From Calditrichia bacterium (GTDB lineage: Bacteria > Calditrichota > Calditrichia > JAJRVZ01), in the NCBI GenBank assembly GCA_963777955.1, contig CAVZSQ010000001.1, positions 122,675-186,674 on the forward strand: DNA of 64,000 nucleotides, in the 5' to 3' direction. A program made the translations under genes and the position numbers. The notes below the pieces were generated by a model. It worked only from the letters and a program-made list of their open reading frames with translations, searched no databases and was not told where the DNA came from. Position 1 is the first letter of the stretch. Every line of letters starts with the position of its first letter. Below, piece after piece: positions 32,355-42,878 of this stretch.

Positions 32355-33074
32355 TTTTATTCCAATATAGATTAGATTAGGATTTTTTACCTGTTTAACT
32401 TTAGACCAGACATTTTTTAATCGGTTCAAGCGGGACTTTGGTCTGAATCTTGTTGTTTTACATACTACTTCTTTGAAACCTGCATTTTCCATCAGCAGGG
32501 AGAGTTTGGCCTTGGTCCATGAGCTCACATGTTGAAATGTATGAAAAATACAACCGCATTCGGGACAAATGATCTTTTGTTGTTCCAGGTTCTCCTCATT
32601 AGGAGTTGTTAAAATAACATATCCTCCTGTCCTGGTAATACGATGAATCTCCTGAAGCGTCTCCATGAGTTCATCGGGTAGAAGATGTTCGACAGTCTCT
32701 ATGAAGAATATGCTATCGAATTCATCGTTGGCGATAGGTGTCGGTATTTTTTCGGCCAGAGTTACCCCTCTGAAGTTTTCATTGCCGTCAAATTTTGTTT
32801 TAACTACCTGTATGGCTGCCGGGGAAAAATCCAATCCCTGACAGGGGATATTTTTGCTTAGGAACTTTTCGATAAGAAATCCGGGACCACATCCAAAATC
32901 CAAAATATTCCCACTCAGATCAATGTGTTGTTGCACAAAATGAATAATGGAATCACCTACCTGCTTGGAAAAATATTTATCCTCGAGGGCGTTATTAGAA
33001 GAGAAATAAGACCAGATACGTGCCGATTTTTCTCTGGTCCAGATTATCTCGTGTGGTGTGAAGTTTATGCTCAT
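32352..33074 (-). CDS. Class I SAM-dependent methyltransferase
   Basis: ILDFGCGPG, GLDFS, ETVEHL, GGYVILTTPN; CPECG insert. Confidence 0.9.
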   Translation of the reverse strand: MSINFTPHEIIWTREKSARIWSYFSSNNALEDKYFSKQVGDSIIHFVQQHIDLSGNILDFGCGPGFLIEKFLSKNIPCQGLDFSPAAIQVVKTKFDGNENFRGVTLAEKIPTPIANDEFDSIFFIETVEHLLPDELMETLQEIHRITRTGGYVILTTPNEENLEQQKIICPECGCIFHTFQHVSSWTKAKLSLLMENAGFKEVVCKTTRFRPKSRLNRLKNVWSKVKQVKNPNLIYIGIK

Positions 33075-33639
33075 TTTGTAGTTTCCTCTCTGGCTAATCC
33101 GGTTATTCTTTTGATAAAATCAGTCTTTTTTTCGGTGTAGGCTTCGCGGTCATTTTTGTATTCCCCGGCCAGGCGTAACTTTAAGTCGCCGTACTCCCGG
33201 GCGACCTCAGGATGCAGTTTCAGATAATCGCGGAAATAGAGTTCATCCCAGTCTCCGGGATAGCGCACGTGAATATGATAAGCCTGTCCTTTGAATCCAT
33301 GGGTGGTATACCCTTTACAAACATCATATGGGGAGCCGGATTTTCCGGTCTGTGAATATAGTGATAATCTATACTTATTAATTTTTCTATAACAAATTTT
33401 GTATCAATAGACTCAGGTACTTCCAGTAAAATATCTATCGTTGGTTTAGCTTTTAAATTTGGAACCGCCGTGCTGCCGATATGTTCCACCCGGACTATAT
33501 TCTGTACTCCCAGTACATCTTCGATATTGATTTTCTCGGCTGCATACATTTTAATCCAGGCTGGATCAGGTTCCGAAATAATAACAGGGAAAAGATTTCC
33601 CAATTCTTCAATATTCATCAGGTCCAGCTGCTTTTTCAC
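33071..33639 (-). CDS. GrpB family protein; frameshift near 33300
   Basis: EHIGSTAVPNLKAKPTIDI, FRDYL, YTEKKTDFI. Confidence 0.9.
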
Positions 33640-33730
33640 AAATTATTTCGATTATTCTTTACCATTGTAACATGACTCACTATGTAAAATAAAGCCAGCC
33701 TGAGCAGAGCAGTAGTGGGATAAGGTGGTA

Positions 33731-35279
33731 TTATCGTTTAGTTCCGTTTAAAACGATTTCATCAAACAGACCGGTGTCTTCAGTCACGTTTAATTCTACA
33801 CTCTGTTCTTCAAAGTGCAGGCGGAAGCGCAGCAATCGGTTATTCGCTGCTTCATTGTAAATGAATTCAAAGTCGTTTTCCGGTGTCCAGAAACCTTTAG
33901 CTCCTGCCGGCAAGTCGTATGGCGAGGTGTTGGATATCCGATAGACATCATCCAGACCGAGCGGGATCACCTTTATAATGGGTTTTCCAGTCAGCCGGTT
34001 TATAGATGATACTTTAATAATCGGATCGCGATCCTGCTCAAAGACCAGGCTGAAGGAATCCAGCCCTAACGGATTATCATCAAGAAAGTATTCCTGGCCG
34101 GATATCTTGTCAGCCAGTGCGGGCAAGGGTGCCACGGGCTTTGGCAAAGGGGCAGTCGAGGCTTCCCTGATTTTATTTTTCAGAAGTTTAAAGGTTTTGG
34201 GATTTTCCGCTAAAGGACCGTCCGCTGCAATAGCGCGCTGGATAAATTCTCCAATCCCTCCCAGCGTATATTCTCCGTTTCCAAGTAACACTACCACCAT
34301 ATTCTTCTGCGGCCAGATAATGAGTCTTTGTCCACCGCGGCCGCGGCCCTCGAATAAACCAGGAGTATCCAACGGAATCCACCAGAGATATCCGTAGGCA
34401 GTTCCCGAATCTTCATAGATCTGCGCTTGTGCTGATTGTCTGATCCATTCCTGCGAAATAATTTGTCTGCCGCCCCAATTGCCTTTATTCAGGACAAGGT
34501 ATCCGATTTTGGCCAGATCAGGAGGCGTAATACAAAGATCACCCCAGCCATAAGTGTTGCCCTGCCGGTCTGCCGGCCATCTAATGTTGGTTATGGACAG
34601 AGGTTCGAACAGGTTTTTCTGCGCAAACTCCAGCAGACTCATGCCAGTTGCCCGGGATAAGATTGCTGAAAGAAAGTGCGGTGCAATCGATGAATAAACA
34701 AATTGTTTACCTGGTTCAGCTGAATAAAGGCAGGTTCAGCATATACTGAATGCCATCGGCGCTTTCCCGCATTTGTCCCGTCTGCGCTTCCCCTGCGCCG
34801 AAGTCCCGGCAAAGAGCAGAGGCCATCGTCAATAGATGCCTGATGGTCAATGATTTTTTATTTTCATCCAGGTTCAGGGCAGTACGATCTTTGAAATAAG
34901 CGAGGACCTGCTCATTGACATTTTTAATATAGCCCTGGTCGATGGCGATCCCGGTGGCCAGAGCCGTGATGCTTTTAGTAACGGAAGCAACATCATGAAT
35001 GACATTCTTTTGATAAGGATAAAGATAAGCTTGCAGAATCATATAGCCGTTGCGAATAATGATAATACTGTTAAGGTTGATGTTTTTTTCCTTAACGTAA
35101 TCAAATAACTTTACCAGTTCCGCCGATTGCAGACCTTGCTTTTCCGGGGTGCATGTACGCCAGATCTGCTCAGGCCAATAGCCGGTTGTTTCGATTTGCT
35201 GCGACTGATGAATGCCGGCATCGGCGGGATACCCGAGTATAATTGATAAACATAAAATCAACTGTATCCAGCTGACCAT
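33731..35279 (-). CDS. Serine hydrolase (beta-lactamase/AmpC-like family), exported; frameshifted near 34650-34720
   Basis: ASVTKS (SxxK), LTIRHLLTM, DLAKIGYL, YGYLWW, GRGGQ. Confidence 0.88.
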
Positions 35280-35405
35280 GATTATTCGTCTCCTGGCTAA
35301 GTTGTGATTAATGGAATCATTGCTGGAATAATATATATCATTTCAGGCACACTTCAGGTTACGGCAGTCTGTTAGAGATGTTTCAGGCGAGAATAATTTT
35401 GACGG

Positions 35406-36467
35406 TCACAAACTTCGGGCATAGCCGAAAATAATAGTAGAAATTATAAGCACACTCAGTCCTGCCAGCAGGGTTACCAGCGTCTTACGTTCAACACCGC
35501 GCCATTCTCCGGCAATTAAGCCCCACATGGTGCTGAACAATATGCTGGAAGCCATCAGCAGGCTCCAGCCGGCTACCCCTTTTAAAATGGATTCACCCAT
35601 GCCGTAAAAAAACATTTGTAAATACCAGACCGTACCGCCAAGCGCACAGAGCAGCAAGTTTTTAAAAACTGGTTGTTTGGTAAAATCGCTGTATGTTTTA
35701 TTTTTGATCTGAAGAAAAACACACCAGGCCACGTTAACCAGGAAACCGCCGAACATGATCAGGATAAAGGTCGGATTATTCTCAAACACCGGATTGGTTC
35801 CGGCAGCTTTGGCAATGGCGGAGACCGGTTTTCCCGCAGCCACGCCCATGGCAAAGGCCGAACTCATGAATCCGGAGAATATCGCCACTGAAATTCCTTT
35901 CCTGACATTGAATTCGCCGCGATTCTTTTGTCCCTGCTGCGAGGTCAATTGTTTATCCTTCAGCAAGCCGGCTTTGCCGTTGATGACGATCCCGATTAAA
36001 CATAACCCGACGCCAATCAGTGTGGTAATACCGTAAGCTGTAGAAAAGAGATCGGTCAGGGAAGCAGCGCCGGGAAACAAATCCAGGAACACTTCCGGAA
36101 ACAGCGAAACAAATATACTTGGCAGCAGGGCACCGAATACCAGTGTTAAACCGAGTGCAATAGCCATGCCCAGCGATATGCCCAGGTAACGCATGGACAA
36201 ACCGAAGGTCAGACCACCGATACCCCAGAGAATTCCGAATATAAAGGGTTTGATCATTTGGGCCGGTCCTGCTTCCGAAAATATCGACAGCAATCCCGGC
36301 ACGGTGGCCAAGGAGAACAGCCATGGCGCGATGATCCAGGAAAATATGCCGCCGGTGATCCAGAATACTTCCCAGGACCAGGTCTGGATTTTTTTGAACG
36401 GCATGTAGAAACTGCCGTTGGAAAATCCGCCGAGTAAAACCAGTAAAACTCCCAGTACTGCTTCCAT
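35406..36467 (-). CDS. rhaT: L-rhamnose/proton symporter
   Basis: GSFYMPFKK..WSWE, WGIGGLTFGLSMRYLG, WYLQMFFYG; rha context. Confidence 0.93.
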   Translation of the reverse strand: MEAVLGVLLVLLGGFSNGSFYMPFKKIQTWSWEVFWITGGIFSWIIAPWLFSLATVPGLLSIFSEAGPAQMIKPFIFGILWGIGGLTFGLSMRYLGISLGMAIALGLTLVFGALLPSIFVSLFPEVFLDLFPGAASLTDLFSTAYGITTLIGVGLCLIGIVINGKAGLLKDKQLTSQQGQKNRGEFNVRKGISVAIFSGFMSSAFAMGVAAGKPVSAIAKAAGTNPVFENNPTFILIMFGGFLVNVAWCVFLQIKNKTYSDFTKQPVFKNLLLCALGGTVWYLQMFFYGMGESILKGVAGWSLLMASSILFSTMWGLIAGEWRGVERKTLVTLLAGLSVLIISTIIFGYARSL

Positions 36468-36507
36468 GGTTCCCCTTTATCTAATTGATCGCCCCGGCTG
36501 TCCCGGA

Positions 36508-37770
36508 TTAATTTCTTTTGCTTAAAATCCGTTTTTCGTAATCCTGGATAGCCGAGATGTAATGATGTCCTACAGGCACCTGGTTCATTTCGCAGTAATA
36601 ATCCCATACTCCGGAGAAAGGCAGGGTTTTGTATTCTTCCAGCAAAGCCAGCCGCTCAAAATTTTTCCCGGCGGCTTCGAAATTTCGTAACTGAGTTAGC
36701 GGTGAAAGGAGCGCAATAAGAATTGCTTTCAGGGCTGCCCGGGAACCTATTACATAGGCGCCGATCCGGTTGATCGACGCGTCAAAGAAATCAAGTCCCA
36801 GGTAAACCTTGTCTAATTTGCCGGCCCAGACGATTTCCTGCATCAATTCAACCAGGGGATCGTTGAACAGCGCCACATGGTCGCTGTCCCAGCGTATGCC
36901 GCGCGTGATATGAAATACCAGTTCAGCGCAGAACTGGAACAGAGCCGATACCTTATCCGCACATGATTCGGTTGGATGAAAATGCCCGATGTCGATACAC
37001 AGCAGCACCTTGTTTTTAACCGCATAACCAAGATAAAATTCATGGGAACCGACTACAAACGATTCACTGCCGATGCCGAAGAGTTTGCTTTCCACTGAAT
37101 CGCGCATGAAGTGTGGATCGTACTGATGGGCAAAAATGGTGTCGAGCGATTCACGCAGCAATTCCCGGTGGTGAAAGCGGTTTACGGTAATATCTTTTGA
37201 TCCGTCGGGAATCCACAGGTTGTGAATAGTTCTGGATTTCAGTTCTTTGCCGATGTAGGCGCTGATTTCGCGGCAGCGCAGGGCATGTTCGATCCAGAAG
37301 GCCCGGATAGATTTATCAGGATGGGCCAGGGTAAATCCCCCGGCGGCTTTGGGATGGGAGAAGAAAGTGGAGTTGAAATCCATACCAATATCCAGTTTTT
37401 TCGCCCAGGCCACCCAGCTTTTAAATTGTTCCGGACCGATAGCATCGCGATCTACAAATTTACCGCTCATGTCGGCATAACTGGCATGAATACTGAAGCG
37501 GTGCCGGCCAGGCAGCAGGGAATAGACAAATTCCAGATCGCTGCGCAATTCGCCGATCGTACGTGCCTTTCCCGGATAATTTCCGGTTGTCTGTATACCG
37601 CCCCCCTCCAGTGTAGCATCAGGTTTTTCAAATCCGCCTACATCATCTGCCTGCCAGCAATGCAGCGATAATGAAATCGTGCCAAGTTTTTTTAAGGCGG
37701 CATCCGTATCGACGCCGATATCCGCGTATCGCTCTCTGGCAGCCTGATATTGCTGTTCTATTGTTTTCAT
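36508..37770 (-). CDS. rhaA: L-rhamnose isomerase
   Basis: HCWQADDVGGFE, TGNYPGKAR, WIPDG, ESKLFGIG, GHFHPTE, RWDSDHV, LDFFDASINR. Confidence 0.97.
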   Translation of the reverse strand: MKTIEQQYQAARERYADIGVDTDAALKKLGTISLSLHCWQADDVGGFEKPDATLEGGGIQTTGNYPGKARTIGELRSDLEFVYSLLPGRHRFSIHASYADMSGKFVDRDAIGPEQFKSWVAWAKKLDIGMDFNSTFFSHPKAAGGFTLAHPDKSIRAFWIEHALRCREISAYIGKELKSRTIHNLWIPDGSKDITVNRFHHRELLRESLDTIFAHQYDPHFMRDSVESKLFGIGSESFVVGSHEFYLGYAVKNKVLLCIDIGHFHPTESCADKVSALFQFCAELVFHITRGIRWDSDHVALFNDPLVELMQEIVWAGKLDKVYLGLDFFDASINRIGAYVIGSRAALKAILIALLSPLTQLRNFEAAGKNFERLALLEEYKTLPFSGVWDYYCEMNQVPVGHHYISAIQDYEKRILSKRN

Positions 37771-37777
37771 GCTGGTC

Positions 37778-39256
37778 TCACAGGTATAATGATTGGTATT
37801 GCCGGGAAATCTCGTCCCATTTAGTAGCCTGAACCGGCTGGTATGTTTTCAGCGGAAATGAATTTGCTATTATTTCGCGTCCGGCGGTTAACGAATCGAT
37901 TTTGTTGTGGGTCATCACCTGCACTAATAAATTCCCGATAGCAGTGGCTTCCGCCGGTCCGGCCACAACCGGTATCCCGCAGGCATCAGCGGTAAATTGA
38001 TTCAGTAAATCGTTTTTAGATCCCCCGCCGACTATATGCAGCAACTCAACAGGAACACCCGTGACGGTAGCTATTTCAGCCAGCACGGATTTATATTTCA
38101 GGGCCAGGCTCTCCAGGATGCAGCGGGTGAACTCGCCGGGTGTTTGCGGTGCTTTTTGACCGGTTTTGCGACAGTATGTCCTGATGGCTTCCAGCATGTC
38201 CGGGGGATTAAGAAATGTACCATCATCCGGATTGAGGATACAGAGAAATGCTTTTGATTCAAGCGCCAGCCGTACCAGTTCGTCATAATCGTGAGTGCGG
38301 TCCTGTTGCTGTCGAAGGCATTTTTTCGTCTGCTGCAACAACCACAGTCCCGATACGTTTTTCAAAAACCGGATGGTGCCGAACACTCCCCCTTCATTGC
38401 TAAAATTATTTTGCAACGATTGTTCGTGGATGATCGGTTTTTTTGTTTCAATACCGATAATCGACCAGGTGCCTGAACTGAGATAAGCCCAGTTATTTTT
38501 TTGCGCGGGAATCGCGGCAATGGCGCTGGCCGTATCATGGCAGCCTACGGCTACGATATCCGTGTTTTTTAATCCGGTTTCAGCACAAATTTCCGGCAAC
38601 AGTTTACCTATAACCGTTCCGGGCATCACGATCGGCAAGGTTATATCCAGCGGTAAATCAAGGGCCGAGAATATCCTGCGGTCAAAGGACTTGTTCTCCG
38701 CGTTCAGAAGTTGCGAGGTGGAAGAGATGGTGTACTCGTTCTTCTTCACACCGGTGAGCAGAAAATTGAACAGATCAGGCATGAACAGCAGCGAACCTGT
38801 CTGTTTCAATGCCGGTTCACCGGCCAGCAGGGCAGAGTATAACTGAAAGATAGAATTAAATTGCAGGAATTGAATACCGGTAAGGTTATAAAGTTCCCGG
38901 CGCGATATTTTTTCGTACACCTTCTCTGCTATTTGACTGGTACGCTCATCACGGTAACAAAAGGGCAATCCGGACAGGGTACCATCGTTCCCGGCAAAAC
39001 CAAAATCGACGCCCCAGGTGTCAATGCCAATTGACTTAAGATCAGCATGCCCCTGCTGTACGGCAAGTTTCAACCCTGTTTTGATCTCTTTAAACAGGAC
39101 TGTTACATCCCAGTGTAGATGTCCCTGAATTTTTAGCGGATTGTTGGTGAAACGGTGAATTTCTTCTATGTGGAGTTTATGGCCTTCGCAGACGCCGACA
39201 AGAGCGCGTCCGCTTTCCGCTCCGAGATCGAAGGCGATATACTTTGCTGGAGTCAC
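37778..39256 (-). CDS. rhaB: Rhamnulokinase
   Basis: FDLGAESGR, DTWGVDF, HDTASA, SSGTWS, NEGG, VGGGS; rha context. Confidence 0.95.
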   Translation of the reverse strand: MTPAKYIAFDLGAESGRALVGVCEGHKLHIEEIHRFTNNPLKIQGHLHWDVTVLFKEIKTGLKLAVQQGHADLKSIGIDTWGVDFGFAGNDGTLSGLPFCYRDERTSQIAEKVYEKISRRELYNLTGIQFLQFNSIFQLYSALLAGEPALKQTGSLLFMPDLFNFLLTGVKKNEYTISSTSQLLNAENKSFDRRIFSALDLPLDITLPIVMPGTVIGKLLPEICAETGLKNTDIVAVGCHDTASAIAAIPAQKNNWAYLSSGTWSIIGIETKKPIIHEQSLQNNFSNEGGVFGTIRFLKNVSGLWLLQQTKKCLRQQQDRTHDYDELVRLALESKAFLCILNPDDGTFLNPPDMLEAIRTYCRKTGQKAPQTPGEFTRCILESLALKYKSVLAEIATVTGVPVELLHIVGGGSKNDLLNQFTADACGIPVVAGPAEATAIGNLLVQVMTHNKIDSLTAGREIIANSFPLKTYQPVQATKWDEISRQYQSLYL

Positions 39257-39278
39257 ATTAAATCTTTCGCGGATAATT

Positions 39279-39968
39279 TTATTTTTTTGGCTTTTGTTTT
39301 AACAATTTTAATCCTACATCCGGACGTATGCCGAAGTTTTCCCGTAAGTCTAAAAGTTGTTTAACCTGTTCAGGATCAAGTTCCCTGACTTTGCCGAGTT
39401 GTTGAGCGATAAATTGAATTTTGGCGGTGTGCTCAAGGGTTTCCATTTTGTGACAGGCATTTAACAGACTATCACCAACCGTCAGAGCGCCGTGATTGGA
39501 CAGCAGAAAGGCATCGTAATCCAGAATATATTTCGACAGGGACTGGTAAAGTTCATCAGTGCCCGGTGTTCCGTATTCGACCAGCGGAATGGTGCCGAGT
39601 ACCAGTACTGCTTCCGGCAGTACCATTTTCTTCAGCGGGATTCCGGCCACGGCAAAGCCGGTGGCATAGGGGGGATGGGCATGACAGACACACCGTACCT
39701 CCGGCCGGGCTTTGTAGATTTGGATATGCATTTTTGATTCGGAGGAGGGTTTCTTCTGTCCAATAAAAATATGTCCGTCCATATCCAGAATGATCAGGTC
39801 GTCCGCCTGCATGAACCCTTTACTCACACCGGTCGGTGTAATCAGCAAGGTGTTCTGGTCAAGACGTACACTGATATTTCCGTCGTTGGCGGCCACATAC
39901 CCTCGATCGTATATACGTTTACCGATCGCGAGCAATTCGCTCTTAATTGAATCCAGATTGTCTGTCAT
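39279..39968 (-). CDS. Class II aldolase/adducin family (FucA-like); probable rhamnulose-1-phosphate aldolase by context
   Basis: DGNIS, TPTG, PSSE..H, HAHPPYA, NHG Zn ligands; first gene of the rha operon. Confidence 0.85.
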   Translation of the reverse strand: MTDNLDSIKSELLAIGKRIYDRGYVAANDGNISVRLDQNTLLITPTGVSKGFMQADDLIILDMDGHIFIGQKKPSSESKMHIQIYKARPEVRCVCHAHPPYATGFAVAGIPLKKMVLPEAVLVLGTIPLVEYGTPGTDELYQSLSKYILDYDAFLLSNHGALTVGDSLLNACHKMETLEHTAKIQFIAQQLGKVRELDPEQVKQLLDLRENFGIRPDVGLKLLKQKPKK

Positions 39969-40015
39969 AATTCCCCGATTCTTTTTTAATCTACCAGGAA
40001 CACCGATAAAAAACC

Positions 40016-40044
40016 AGTATGATAAATTTACTAAATAGGGTCAA
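40016..40044 (-). promoter_or_regulatory. Putative sigma70 promoter of the rha operon
   Basis: Minus strand TTGACC (40039-40044), 17-nt spacer, CATACT (40016-40021); about 50 nt upstream of the ATG at 39968. Confidence 0.65.
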
Positions 40045-40151
40045 AAAGTACATAAATATTCTGTAAATCCATTAATAATATGGTTAATATACTCAGTTAA
40101 ATAAATTTAATATGACGGATCAAAAAGTACATACTCGTGTCAAAAAGTACA
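40041..40151. promoter_or_regulatory. Three exact 12-bp direct repeats TCAAAAAGTACA; putative regulator binding sites
   Basis: Copies at 40041-40052, 40120-40131 and 40140-40151. Confidence 0.75.
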
Positions 40152-40170
40152 CAACGGAGGTGGCTGTAAT

Positions 40171-41421
40171 TTAATTTAAAGGTATGCCCAACCAGGTGTA
40201 TTTATAAAATAAGCTCTTTCTGAACAGTTTACTGGTTTTAAAATATTTCTGCAGGAATGTTTTTTGTTCATTCACATTTAACATGGCTTCAGCGATGGCT
40301 TTAGTTAACTGGTTTATCCCTACGGTCATATTGACGTCAGGATTCTGTATTTCACTCAGACGTTGCCGGCTGAGATTAAATGAAAACTCAGTATTATCGA
40401 CCATCTGCAGGATCGCACTATCGGGCAGCTGGGGTTTAAACTGATTATTTCGATAAGTAATAAACCTGTTCAGCTGGTTGACCCCTTCATTGTATGAGTT
40501 AGCGGCCATGTTATAAGTCTCCACCATCACTTTGTTATGGTAGTACTCTATTTCTCTGCGATTATCCTGCAGTTCGTTAAAAATCAGTGCATTCTTTACT
40601 CCGTTTCGCTCAATGCGGTTATTTGCAGAAATCAGGCGCCCGATATCCGCTTCGTTTTCATGTCTGCTTAAGGTATCTATAAAATTAAAAAAAGGTCTGG
40701 ACTTGTCTAGTTTAAATTTTCCTTCATAAAATTCCTGATTGGTAAGCGGATAGTTCAGGAATTGCCATAAGGGATCAAAGGGCATGTGTGATTTAATCAA
40801 GTGGCCGGGCTGGGTTTTGAAGTAATAATTATTGACTTTCCTGACAAATTTTGAGTTTTGCAGATATCCCGAGCCCCAGGTCGGATCGAAAAGATACCAG
40901 GTTGAATCGATCAATCCGGCGCACCAGGCATGAGGCAGATAATCGACAAAGCCCTGTTGTCTGGTATAACCTGAAATCACATAGGTCCTGATACCCGTCT
41001 GCCGGGCGATATCGTTGAACAATTCGGCATAATGCCGGCAGATGCCTTTTCTGGTCTTTAAAACTTTATCCACTATTTCTGCGGTATTCTGGGCGAAGTT
41101 AAGGGCGAACATATTTTCAACATCATATTGAATGTTTTTGGCAATCCAGATGAAGGCGGCTCTGGATTTATCGGCAGGATTATCAAAATTTGAATTAATG
41201 TAACCGGCAATCCCGGCGGTTGTTTGTGCCAGTGAATCGGGAATTTGCAAAGCCAGTTTGTCAATTTGCTGATATATATTTTGCTTTTGAGCAATTACAG
41301 CTGAAAATAATCCAAGCAAAAGGGAAAAAGTTATCAAGGTCAGAAAACCTGCAGCATGCCAGATCAGGCGGTGAATAAAATGCCGTGGTGAGACGGGTTC
41401 CTGGTGGTGTGCTTCATACAT
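40171..41421 (-). CDS. Transglutaminase-like domain protein, with a possibly chimeric N-terminus
   Basis: WIAKNIQYD, GICRHYAELF (Cys), HAW (His), FDPTWG (Asp). Confidence 0.88.
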   Translation of the reverse strand: MYEAHHQEPVSPRHFIHRLIWHAAGFLTLITFSLLLGLFSAVIAQKQNIYQQIDKLALQIPDSLAQTTAGIAGYINSNFDNPADKSRAAFIWIAKNIQYDVENMFALNFAQNTAEIVDKVLKTRKGICRHYAELFNDIARQTGIRTYVISGYTRQQGFVDYLPHAWCAGLIDSTWYLFDPTWGSGYLQNSKFVRKVNNYYFKTQPGHLIKSHMPFDPLWQFLNYPLTNQEFYEGKFKLDKSRPFFNFIDTLSRHENEADIGRLISANNRIERNGVKNALIFNELQDNRREIEYYHNKVMVETYNMAANSYNEGVNQLNRFITYRNNQFKPQLPDSAILQMVDNTEFSFNLSRQRLSEIQNPDVNMTVGINQLTKAIAEAMLNVNEQKTFLQKYFKTSKLFRKSLFYKYTWLGIPLN

Positions 41422-41486
41422 ATGATTACTTCCTGATCATCAGGCCAGAGACTTCTGTAAACTGAAAAATACAGTATAGGGCTGAA

Positions 41487-42876
41487 TCATTTTTTATTAA
41501 AATATTTTTCAGCAAATTTTAAAAATGTGGGCCAGTTCGGACCCGGTGTATGTCCGCCGCTGTGCTGGCGGTAGGCGATATCACCCTCAATCAGCGTGGT
41601 TTCAACCGGTGGGAATTCAGTTACACCCAGATCTTTTTTACCCAGCAGTTTATATACCGGTCCGGCGGCCACAGCGGCCATGAACATTCCTCTGGCGTCG
41701 ACCCAGGAATCGCCTATATCGCCGCTGCTGATGAACAGCGGGCGCGGGGCGCACAGCGCGAGCAGTTCGTGGGCATCGACCGGGAGATCATTCCAGTTTA
41801 ACGGACCACCATATTTAATGAAGTTTCCAGCCATCCAGTGATATTCGCCGGAGCCGGCCAGGTTTTCCACAATTTCACCGTAATCGCGGCGGTGGAGTTT
41901 CACACCCCCTTCGCCGGAAGAACTGATAAACACAATGGCAAAACGTGGATCATAGGCCATGGTCACCGCAACCGCTTTACCAAAACGTGAGTGTCCTTCA
42001 ATGCCGACACGTTTTGCATCCACCGCTTTATCTGTCTCAAAATAATCCAGAGCCCGGCTGGCTCCCCAGGCCCAGGCGCGCAGGGCGCCCCAGTCATCAG
42101 CTTTACGCGGCTGCCCCTTGTTGGTCAATCCGATAATACCGTTGGTCAGTCCGGCACCATTGTCGGCCTGAATGCTGACAGGGATGAGCACGGCATAACC
42201 CCAGCCTTTGGCCAGAACCTGCTGCTGCCAGGTTGGTCCCGGTGGTACAGGGAGAGTCAGGCCCTGTGGAAACTTGAATCCGGGAGGGAAGACAAAGCCG
42301 AATTCCATTATTACCGGTACCGGTTGTTTAGCAGCAGTTGGAGTCGACTAAGGTCAAGTCGATATCAACAGTAATAGCAGGGTAGGATGAATTATCCACA
42401 TGCCCGATAAGTTTTTTGGTAATAATGGGAATACCACCGTTCGTATCGCTGGTCGTGCTGACCACTTCCCAGATAACTCTGGGAGTGTCGTCTGGAACGC
42501 GGCCGTAAATTTCCCGGTCGAAGTCTTCCACAATCTCCGGACGACGGAGTTGCCACCACATTTCTGCAGTTGTGACCCGCTGACCGTTCTGCAGTACTAA
42601 AGGATCGGGGAGAACGGGATAGGGATTGGCCTTCGATTCATCATAATTGGCATAATTTGGTGCATTGGGATCCATTCCGTTCCGGCCCGGACGCAGTGAA
42701 TCGATATTAAGCAGTTGCAGCATTTTTTGGTGATCCAGCTCAGAATAGTGTCTAATGCTGTCAGCACCGGGGAAAGTGAATTGGGCAGGCAGGCAGGATA
42801 CAATTAAAATGTCCAAAAGAATAAAATAGAAAATATTTCTCATAAAATACCTTTTTAGTCGTCCTTCATTATACAA
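41487..42876 (-). CDS. CE15-like glucuronoyl/acetylxylan esterase; frameshift near 42330
   Basis: ANYDESKA, WGALRAWAWGASRALDY, GHSRFGK, LLALCAPRP, HSGGHT. Confidence 0.88.
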
Positions 42877-42878
42877 TT

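Noticed and set aside
33731..35279. Clinically relevant beta-lactamase
   Set aside because: Generic SxxK serine hydrolase with a C-terminal extension; nothing specific for beta-lactam hydrolysis.
40041..40151. Repeats as a mini-CRISPR or iterons
   Set aside because: Only 12 bp, irregular spacing, no cas or rep gene; promoter overlap fits an operator better.
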